This document shows, piece by piece, positions 1-4,067 of a DNA stretch of 4,067 bases. Within the stretch, counting starts at the first letter, position 1. Every line of letters begins with the position of its first letter. Below the pieces are notes generated by a model that was not told the origin of the DNA, did not search any database, and worked only from the letters and a program-made list of their open reading frames with translations. Position numbers and translations under genes: made by a program. Location: the IMG/VR virus record IMGVR_UViG_2690316188_000007; one strand, given 5' to 3'. This DNA is from a virus. Taxonomy: Duplodnaviria > Heunggongvirae > Uroviricota > Caudoviricetes.

Positions 1-190
1 GGTCAAACACCCACGGTGCGCAGGACTCCCCGAACGTCGGGCTACCCGGTGCATCCACAATCCGCAGTTGTTTAAAAATCGCCAGTGCATGTGCAGCCTG
101 GTCCGGATAAATCGGAGCCGGAATAATCGACAGCCCCTTTTTCAGGCGCTCTGCCCAGTCCGGGCAGGCTGTGCTCCATACAGGTATCAT
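1..190 (-). CDS. Probable terminase large subunit, N-terminal fragment (continues beyond window start)
   Basis: Minus-strand ATG at 190-188 overlaps the TGA stop of the small-terminase ORF (ATGA overlap at 187-190). The frame is open for 63 codons to the window edge (MIPVWSTACPDWAERLKKGLSIIPAPIYPDQAAHALAIFKQLRIVDAPGSPTFGESCAPWVFD...). Assignment rests on synteny and coupling to TerS; too little sequence to see ATPase motifs. Confidence 0.6.
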   Translation of the reverse strand, partial: MIPVWSTACPDWAERLKKGLSIIPAPIYPDQAAHALAIFKQLRIVDAPGSPTFGESCAPWVFD

Positions 191-750
191 CCGTTGCCCT
201 CATTATCGTTATTCACCACCAGTCGGGGTGGCGGTGGCACCGCAAAACGGTTAGCCGCTTTTTTCGCGGCATCACCTTTTGCCGATTTTTTACCGGCATC
301 CCCTTTTTTATGGTGCGTGAACTGCGCCAGACGCCAGGCCGCATCCAGTGCCAGTTTCGGATCAATGCAGAGGTTTTCCACCAGGATCCGCCCCATGGCT
401 TTCACCGGATCGGGAAGACCATCCTCCATATATTCAATACCAGGAGACATCACCGCGGACGGTGGCATCTCCGGATTGTTTTCGTCCGGCTGTGGTATTG
501 CAGCCACCTCACGGCGACGGGGTTTATCCTCCTGCTCTGATTTTTTCTGCCGGTAAACAGGAACCTCATCCACCTCCACCGTCTCGCACTGTTTACGGGC
601 TATAAACGCGAGCACCTCCGGATCTTTTGCCAGCTGCGAGCCTTTAACCCTGGCTGTCTTCGCCGAATAACCGGCGGCAATGGCTGACGCTGTTTTGTTT
701 TTCCCGGACATGAGCGCCAGCGCAAATTTTCGTTTTTGCGTTGTCAGCAC
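187..750 (-). CDS. Phage terminase small subunit (HTH, Terminase_2-like)
   Basis: 187-aa ORF. GTG start at 750 is preceded by GGGAGGAGG; an in-frame ATG at 711 is an alternative start. N-terminal KRKFALALMSGKNKTASAIAAGYSAKTARVKGSQL fits the ..AGYS.KTA.. DNA-binding signature of this TerS family as I recall it. Lys/Ala/Pro-rich C-terminal tail. Stop overlaps the start of the downstream large-subunit ORF. Confidence 0.75.
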   Translation of the reverse strand: MLTTQKRKFALALMSGKNKTASAIAAGYSAKTARVKGSQLAKDPEVLAFIARKQCETVEVDEVPVYRQKKSEQEDKPRRREVAAIPQPDENNPEMPPSAVMSPGIEYMEDGLPDPVKAMGRILVENLCIDPKLALDAAWRLAQFTHHKKGDAGKKSAKGDAAKKAANRFAVPPPPRLVVNNDNEGNG

Positions 751-824
751 AGCCTCCTCCCGGGTCCAGAACGCACTCAGCCGGGTATGGTTCAGCCCAT
801 TTTTCCCGGCGTCTCATGCCGCAA

Positions 825-948
825 ATGTTAACTGCTGCCTGGTTAACATTTGCTGAAAAAGCCTGTTAACATTTTTTCCGCACAACAAACTGAATAATAA
901 AGATAAAAACCGCAAAAATGCCCGGGCAGCCAGTTAACATGTTAACTG
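825..948. repeat. Array of five GTTAACAT/ATGTTAAC 8-mers including an 18-bp perfect palindrome; candidate terminase-binding (cosB-like) or other protein-binding sites
   Basis: ATGTTAAC at 825-832, GTTAACAT at 842-849 (inverted pair with 9-bp spacer), GTTAACAT at 865-872, and overlapping GTTAACAT/ATGTTAAC at 933-946 forming the palindrome CAGTTAACATGTTAACTG (931-948). A-rich spacer 873-920. Located 75-200 bp upstream of the TerS start and downstream of the HNH gene. Confidence 0.45.
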
Positions 949-1024
949 CCCTGAAACGGGAATTTTTTCTCTGCGTGAGAGGGGGCGCGGTGTCCAAAGC
1001 GATCGTTTTTTACGCCGGATGATA

Positions 1025-1032
1025 CCCCCCCC
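1025..1032. repeat. C8 homopolymer tract (G8 on the coding strand) just downstream of the HNH stop
   Basis: cccccccc at 1025-1032 followed by gggttggg, 9 bp from the HNH stop codon (1041-1043). The existence is certain; the function is unknown. Confidence 0.9.
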
Positions 1033-1040
1033 GGGTTGGG

Positions 1041-1406
1041 TTACAGTCCGATGATGTCGTCCTCTCTGCCACTACCTCCGGACACCTCCGGCAGCGTCGG
1101 GTCCGGCATACCACTCGCCGCTTCACGAGCAGACTTTTGTCGATGGCATTCGGTACAGAGCGTCCAGAGATTCGTCTCCTCATTACCACCACCGAACTGA
1201 AGTGCAATTCGGTGATCGAGTTCACTGTCACAGAGGTCAACCACACGACCACAGAGACGGCACTGCCCGGCGTCCCTGAGCCAGATATGACGCTTGAGGG
1301 AAACACGTGCACTGCCACTGACACGACGCTGTTCACCCTTCAGAATATTCACCCGTCGGGTATTCAGTGTTTTGATTCTGCTCTGGAGTGTACGAAGCTC
1401 AGCCAT
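1041..1406 (-). CDS. HNH endonuclease (phage packaging-associated, HK97 gp74-like position)
   Basis: 121-aa ORF with GGGGA SD-like sequence 6 nt upstream of ATG 1406. Contains CRLCG...DHRIALQFGG...NLWTLCTECHRQK, i.e. paired CxxC zinc ligands plus a His-Asn-His catalytic core. Lies immediately upstream of the putative cos region and terminase genes. Confidence 0.85.
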   Translation of the reverse strand: MAELRTLQSRIKTLNTRRVNILKGEQRRVSGSARVSLKRHIWLRDAGQCRLCGRVVDLCDSELDHRIALQFGGGNEETNLWTLCTECHRQKSAREAASGMPDPTLPEVSGGSGREDDIIGL

Positions 1407-1447
1407 GTAAAATCCCCGTCATATGGCAATCAGTAAAGGAAATAAAT

Positions 1448-1648
1448 ATGTCATCGAAAAACCGTACCCGCAGAACCACAACCCGCAATATCCGTTTCCC
1501 CAATCACATAATTGAACAGATCAACATCGCCCTTGAGCATAAAGGGTCCGGTAACTTTTCAGCGTGGGTTATTGAAGCCTGCAGGAGAAGGCTGGCAACA
1601 GATGCAACGCATCTGCGCCCGGCCAGCATGACAAATAACGAGAAATGA
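1448..1648 (+). CDS. Small basic prophage protein, YlcI/DUF3950-like
   Basis: 66-aa ORF with AAAGGA SD 7 nt upstream of ATG 1448. MSSKNRTRRTTTRNIRFPNHIIEQINIALEHKGSGNFSAWVIEACRRRL closely resembles my recollection of E. coli DLP12 YlcI (DUF3950). The track ORF 1388..1648 begins at an upstream GTG without an SD, so it is trimmed to the ATG. Only substantial gene on the + strand, divergent from HNH. Confidence 0.6.
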   Translation: MSSKNRTRRTTTRNIRFPNHIIEQINIALEHKGSGNFSAWVIEACRRRLATDATHLRPASMTNNEK

Positions 1649-1846
1649 ACGTTCGGTTTCTTCCACCATCGCACCGGACAGGCGACTATGAGGGGACAAC
1701 GCCGCGCTCCGTTAACGCGGTAAACCCCGGTGTGTATCGTTTTTGATTATCCCCGCACACTCGCGCAGAGGAGTCTCCCTGTCGGGCTGCGGTCTCTGTT
1801 AATGCAGGAATACGGCGACAATACCGCGCATGGATAATAAGGTCGC

Positions 1847-2071
1847 TCAACACACTGGCTGTAATGCAGCGGATACCATGCGGCATTTAGCGGCATTCAT
1901 CGTACACTCCACGGTTAGCTCTTCATTCGTGGCATTCACCTGAAAGGTCCGGGAGTGTAATTGCGTACATTTACCACTGAACGAACCTTCAACAAGAACA
2001 CGACCACGCTGCAAAATACGGAACGGAATTGTTCCCTGAAAAGGTTCTACGGTTACCCGTAATTTCTTCAT
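1847..2071 (-). CDS. Hypothetical protein (74 aa), translationally coupled to Rz
   Basis: ATG at 2071-2069 overlaps the Rz stop TGA at 2070-2068 (ATGA), with GGAGGA 4 nt upstream inside the Rz 3' end. [45 protein letters not shown]...; no family recognised. Confidence 0.5.
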   Translation of the reverse strand: MKKLRVTVEPFQGTIPFRILQRGRVLVEGSFSGKCTQLHSRTFQVNATNEELTVECTMNAAKCRMVSAALQPVC

Positions 2072-2562
2072 GTATCCTCCGGATAATAAAAAGCCAGCTT
2101 AGTGCACTGAGTGCGGATATATTCCTGCGCCCCTTCCAGCTGCTTCTGCATTGTCATCAACCGTTCTCTGAGGATGAAATAATCCCGTTCAGCGGTGTCT
2201 GCCAGTCGGGGGCCGGTTGCATTATCCACGCTGGAGGTGCCGGTGGCTTCACGCACGGTACCGGGGCAGGTGGCGTTGACCCGCAGGCGCTTACGACCAG
2301 CGGCAACATCAGCGCGCAGAGTTTCATTTTCAGCTCTCGCATCGGCTAATTCCTTCGTGTATCTGGCATCAAGCGCAGCGACATCTCGCTGGCGCTGCTG
2401 CATGTCAGTAATAGTGGCATTCGCCAGTTTCAGCTCACTGACTTTTTTATCGCGCTGCGCTTTGTAGGTGATGGCGTTATCGCGGTAATGATTCAGCCCC
2501 AGACTAAGCACACCACAGGCTACCAGCAGGACAATAATCACCACACACAGAACACGGTTCAT
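2068..2562 (-). CDS. Rz: Spanin inner-membrane subunit (i-spanin) Rz
   Basis: 164 aa from ATG 2562. N-terminal TMD then coiled-coil region; [55 protein letters not shown]...[24 protein letters not shown] aligns closely with lambda Rz as I recall it. The track ORF extends upstream to a GTG at 2646, but the lambda-like start is MNRVL at 2562. Confidence 0.9.
   Translation of the reverse strand: MNRVLCVVIIVLLVACGVLSLGLNHYRDNAITYKAQRDKKVSELKLANATITDMQQRQRDVAALDARYTKELADARAENETLRADVAAGRKRLRVNATCPGTVREATGTSSVDNATGPRLADTAERDYFILRERLMTMQKQLEGAQEYIRTQCTKLAFYYPEDT
2157..2342 (-). CDS. Rz1: Spanin outer-membrane lipoprotein subunit (o-spanin) Rz1, embedded in the +1 frame of Rz
   Basis: 61-aa ORF wholly inside Rz in another frame. 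[61 protein letters not shown] has a lipobox (VSAC) and proline-rich mature region, closely matching lambda Rz1. Confidence 0.85.
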   Translation of the reverse strand: MRELKMKLCALMLPLVVSACGSTPPAPVPCVKPPAPPAWIMQPAPDWQTPLNGIISSSENG

Positions 2563-2563
2563 A

Positions 2564-2650
2564 TCACCACCAACGGATTGCCCAGACCAGAACAGCAATG
2601 GCCACAATACGAATGGCAAATGCCATTGCCCGAATAAGTTCAGCACTCAT
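2564..2650 (-). CDS. Small hydrophobic peptide, 28 aa (ORF-d), single predicted TMD
   Basis: ATG 2650; [28 protein letters not shown]; stop TGA ends 1 nt before the Rz ATG and its 3' end GGTGGTGA doubles as the Rz SD. Typical E. coli codons. Paralogous to ORF-c (shared RA[LM]AFAI[KR]xVA[VI] core, with synonymous codon differences). Confidence 0.45.
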   Translation of the reverse strand: MSAELIRAMAFAIRIVAIAVLVWAIRWW

Positions 2651-2661
2651 CTTTTTAAAGT

Positions 2662-2784
2662 TCACGATTTCAGCGCAATGACCAGTTTTGCCAGCCCATA
2701 CAGCATCGGAGACACAGCAATACCAACAGCCACCCACTTAATAGCAAAAGCCAGCGCTCTGCTGATGTCATCAGTCACTGTCAC
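2662..2784 (-). CDS. Small hydrophobic peptide, 40 aa (ORF-c), putative GTG start overlapping the ORF-b stop
   Basis: GTG at 2784-2782 overlaps the ORF-b TGA at 2783-2781 (GTGA). (M)TVTDDISRALAFAIKWVAVGIAVSPMLYGLAKLVIALKS. This is the C-terminal part of track ORF 2662..2934, whose N-terminal part overlaps ORF-b in another frame and reads as non-protein-like. Paralogue of ORF-d. Confidence 0.45.
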   Translation of the reverse strand: MTVTDDISRALAFAIKWVAVGIAVSPMLYGLAKLVIALKS

Positions 2785-2912
2785 CCCAGCAGCCCCGACG
2801 AAGACAACATCACCCAGGCGAAGGACAGAAAAAGAGCAACCAGCATTAGTGAAAATGAAATACCGACAATCACACACAGGACCTTTGCCGGCGTTATGAG
2901 TTTGTCTGACAT
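2781..2912 (-). CDS. Small hydrophobic protein, 43 aa (ORF-b), single predicted TMD
   Basis: ATG 2912 with AAGGGG SD 5 nt upstream; MSDKLITPAKVLCVIVGISFSLMLVALFLSFAWVMLSSSGLLG; short polar N-terminus followed by a ~25-residue hydrophobic stretch. Starts 2 nt after the ORF-a stop. Confidence 0.5.
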   Translation of the reverse strand: MSDKLITPAKVLCVIVGISFSLMLVALFLSFAWVMLSSSGLLG

Positions 2913-2914
2913 AG

Positions 2915-3010
2915 CTACCCCTTAATTGCCACAATTAACTGGGATACTACCCATAAAAAAGGGATGCTCCAGACCAGCAAAAATTTCCAGTTTGGTAATT
3001 GACTAATCAT
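2915..3010 (-). CDS. Small hydrophobic peptide, 31 aa (ORF-a), single predicted TMD
   Basis: ATG 3010 with AGGGAG SD 9 nt upstream; MISQLPNWKFLLVWSIPFLWVVSQLIVAIKG. An in-frame TTG at 3049 preceded by GGGAGG would give 44 aa. The track ORF 2915..3127 extends through the terminator hairpin and is trimmed. AT-rich codon usage relative to neighbours. Confidence 0.45.
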   Translation of the reverse strand: MISQLPNWKFLLVWSIPFLWVVSQLIVAIKG

Positions 3011-3081
3011 GAGTCGCAACTCCCTAATCAGTTTGCTAAAATCAATCAAGGCAGCCTCCCATAGCTTACTGCCATAAAAAC

Positions 3082-3124
3082 AAAACCCCGCTTGCTGCCA
3101 ACAAACGGGGTTTTTACTTTTATT
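3082..3124. terminator. Bidirectional rho-independent terminator-like hairpin between the endolysin gene and the small-ORF cluster
   Basis: AAAACCCCG (3082-3090), 15-nt loop, CGGGG (3106-3110), then TTTTTACTTTTATT on the + strand; the complementary strand reads AAAAACCCCG...CGGGGTTTTGTTTTT. GC stem flanked by A and T runs on both sides. Confidence 0.6.
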
Positions 3125-3204
3125 CACTTACATTTTGCCAGTTCGCAGGATTTCGTGTTATCCATCCGCCTTGGCCAACGTCATTTATTAGCAAAATATT
3201 CTGC

Positions 3205-3738
3205 TTATCTGTCGATTCCCCAGCACGCCAGCGCGCTCTCCTGGTCACGACGGGATACCTGACCGTAACAGTTATTTGAGCGAATACGGCAGTCCCTGCC
3301 ACCGTCCTTAATCCACCAGCGAATCGCCTCACACGCTCCCCTGCGATCACCTGCATTAATTCGTTTATAAAACGTCGACGGAAAACACTTACCGGGGCCA
3401 ATGTTGTACGGACAGAATGACGCGATCCCCGCTTTCTGGGGTTCACTCAATGGCACTCTGATGTTTTTCTCCACCCATGCCAGCGCCTTATCACGCTCAA
3501 TGGCGTTAACCCGGTCGCATTTTTCCTTCGACAACTTCATGCCAGGAACGACAGGTTTGCCATCCACCAGGATGGCACCGCGGCAGATGGTCCAGATACC
3601 CGCGCCATCACGGTATGCCGTGGTGTGGTTACCTTCCTTTTCATCCAGAAACTGGTCGAGAATGTCAGGCGCAGGCGCACCAGCGGCAATCAGCGCCAGA
3701 ACGGCAGCCGACAGGCCGTATTTGATTTTGGTGTTCAT
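3205..3738 (-). CDS. Phage endolysin, GH24 (T4-lysozyme-like) with N-terminal signal-anchor/SAR-like segment
   Basis: 177-aa ORF from ATG 3738. N-terminal KIKYGLSAAVLALIAAGAPAP is an Ala/Gly-rich weakly hydrophobic segment. DEKEGNHTTAYRDGAGIWTICRG carries the Glu/Asp/Thr catalytic arrangement of T4-type lysozymes. Resembles lysozymes of E. coli lambdoid prophages. No SD before the ATG. Confidence 0.9.
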   Translation of the reverse strand: MNTKIKYGLSAAVLALIAAGAPAPDILDQFLDEKEGNHTTAYRDGAGIWTICRGAILVDGKPVVPGMKLSKEKCDRVNAIERDKALAWVEKNIRVPLSEPQKAGIASFCPYNIGPGKCFPSTFYKRINAGDRRGACEAIRWWIKDGGRDCRIRSNNCYGQVSRRDQESALACWGIDR

Positions 3739-3984
3739 GGATATTTATCAGGATTTATCGGTTTCTGCCCACGGACAGGTTTATCTGTTCCGGTCAGTGA
3801 CTTAAGGTTGTGATTCCGGAGGAGTCTTCAGAGAACCAGTAATTATTCCCGGTAGCTTTCCTTTGTAGGTTATCCATACATTCTGCGCCTCTAAAATTAC
3901 GGGGCGCTTTTCCGGCGACTGCTCATCCCCTTCACATAACCCGGCAGCAACATCCAGGAAGACCTGTCTGATGCTCCTTCGTAA

Positions 3985-4010
3985 GCGTCAACGGAGCACC
4001 GTATTGACGC
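3985..4010. promoter_or_regulatory. Perfect 7-bp inverted repeat GCGTCAA-N12-TTGACGC abutting the stop of the upstream gene
   Basis: gcgtcaa at 3985-3991 and ttgacgc at 4004-4010 are exact reverse complements with a 12-bp spacer; followed on the + strand by ttatttatt. Could be a protein-binding site or an RNA hairpin in the late leader. Confidence 0.4.
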
Positions 4011-4067
4011 TTATTTATTGGTGAGTACTACGTTCCATGGCAGGAGTTCATCAACTCGGTTGGAAGG
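4011..4067 (-). CDS. 3' end of an upstream minus-strand gene (possibly a late antiterminator Q-like gene, by position only)
   Basis: Only one minus-strand frame is open from the window edge: ...PSNRVDELLPWNVVLTNK, stop TAA at 4013-4011. Eighteen codons are too few for assignment. Confidence 0.3.
   Translation of the reverse strand, partial: PSNRVDELLPWNVVLTNK

Noticed and set aside
68-605. Plus-strand track ORFs 68..556, 310..540 and 348..605
   Set aside because: Entirely antisense to the TerS/TerL coding region, no SD, low-complexity translations (Arg/Pro/Ser-rich) typical of antisense frames.
1010-1436. Minus ORF 1010..1336 (108 aa) and plus ORF 1137..1436 (99 aa)
   Set aside because: Alternative or antisense frames inside the HNH endonuclease gene. 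The HNH frame has the clear CxxC/HNH motifs and the others have no recognisable features.
1388-1447. N-terminal extension of the YlcI-like ORF (track start at 1388)
   Set aside because: Begins at a GTG with no SD and would add MYEAQPCKIPVIWQSVKEIN; the ATG at 1448 has a well-spaced AAAGGA SD and matches the recalled YlcI-family N-terminus MSSKNRTRR.
1686-1886. Minus ORF of 66 aa ([12 protein letters not shown]...)
   Set aside because: Overlaps the 3' end of the coupled 74-aa ORF by 40 nt in another frame, has no SD and an unprotein-like composition; kept only as a remote possibility.
2029-2467. Plus-strand ORFs 2029..2349 and 2195..2467
   Set aside because: Antisense to Rz/Rz1, which are strongly supported by lambda similarity.
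2563-2646. In-frame upstream extension of Rz ([28 protein letters not shown] from GTG 2646)
   Set aside because: The lambda-like Rz N-terminus starts at MNRVL (2562) with its own SD. The extension overlaps ORF-d, whose frame has better codon usage and a paralogue.
2662-2760. Frame-A alternative reading of the ORF-c region (MTSAERWLLLLSGWLLVLLCLRCCMGWQNWSLR)
   Set aside because: Rare codons (CTA, TTA, CGA, CTC) and no similarity to ORF-d, whereas the chosen frame is paralogous to ORF-d.
2678-2899. Plus-strand ORF of 73 aa (MTSFASPYSIGDTAIPTATH...)
   Set aside because: No SD, Thr/Ser/Pro/Ala-rich low-complexity translation; antisense to the small hydrophobic ORFs, which have SDs and paralogue conservation.
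2785-2934. N-terminal part of track ORF 2662..2934 (TTG start; WQLRGSYVRQTHNAGKGPVCDCRYFIF...)
   Set aside because: Overlaps ORF-b in another frame and reads as non-protein-like; only the C-terminal 40 codons (ORF-c) are retained.
3011-3127. Upstream extension of ORF-a to ATG 3127 (track ORF 2915..3127)
   Set aside because: The extension would be translated straight through the terminator hairpin and has AT-rich rare codons; trimmed to ATG 3010 (TTG 3049 kept as an alternative).
3120-3813. Minus ORF 3120..3446 and plus ORFs 3401..3805 and 3625..3813
   Set aside because: Alternative or antisense frames within the endolysin gene.
3893-3930. G/C-rich segment GGGGCGCTTTTCCGGCGACTGCTCATCCCC considered as a tR'-like terminator
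   Set aside because: Only short imperfect stems can be drawn (3-bp CGC/GCG core, G4/C4 enclosing a 22-nt loop) and the T-run is interrupted; not convincing as an intrinsic terminator.
3878-4010. Search for a sigma-70 late promoter (pR'-like) between the upstream gene and the endolysin
   Set aside because: TTGACG at the inverted repeat has no acceptable -10 at 16-18 bp; other hexamers score 3/6 or worse. A promoter is likely here but cannot be placed from sequence alone.
1-4067. CRISPR arrays, tRNA/rRNA genes, IS elements or integrase, att sites
   Set aside because: No spacer-repeat periodicity, no cloverleaf-compatible segments, and no transposase- or integrase-like ORFs were seen; the window appears to be internal to the prophage.

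Overview
This 4,067-bp window looks like part of a lambdoid enterobacterial prophage with HK97-style packaging genes, transcribed almost entirely on the minus strand. All calls are from manual translation and recalled family signatures; no database search was run. In phage orientation (high to low coordinates): the 3' end of an upstream gene (4011-4067); a ~270-bp gap with an inverted repeat and a short non-hydrophobic ORF but no recognisable holin; a GH24 lysozyme-type endolysin with an N-terminal signal/SAR-like segment (3205-3738); a terminator-like hairpin (3082-3124); four tandem small hydrophobic ORFs of 28-43 aa (2564-3010); Rz/Rz1 spanins (2068-2562, 2157-2342); a coupled 74-aa hypothetical (1847-2071); a divergent YlcI/DUF3950-like gene on the + strand (1448-1648); an HNH endonuclease (1041-1406); a 290-bp intergenic region with five GTTAACAT repeats, an 18-bp perfect palindrome and a C8 tract (candidate cos/terminase recognition region); the terminase small subunit (187-750); and the start of the terminase large subunit (1-190). 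The most unusual feature is the lysis cassette: the endolysin has no holin upstream, and a cluster of small single-TMD peptide genes, two of them clear paralogues, sits between endolysin and spanins. No tRNA, rRNA, CRISPR array or transposase was seen.
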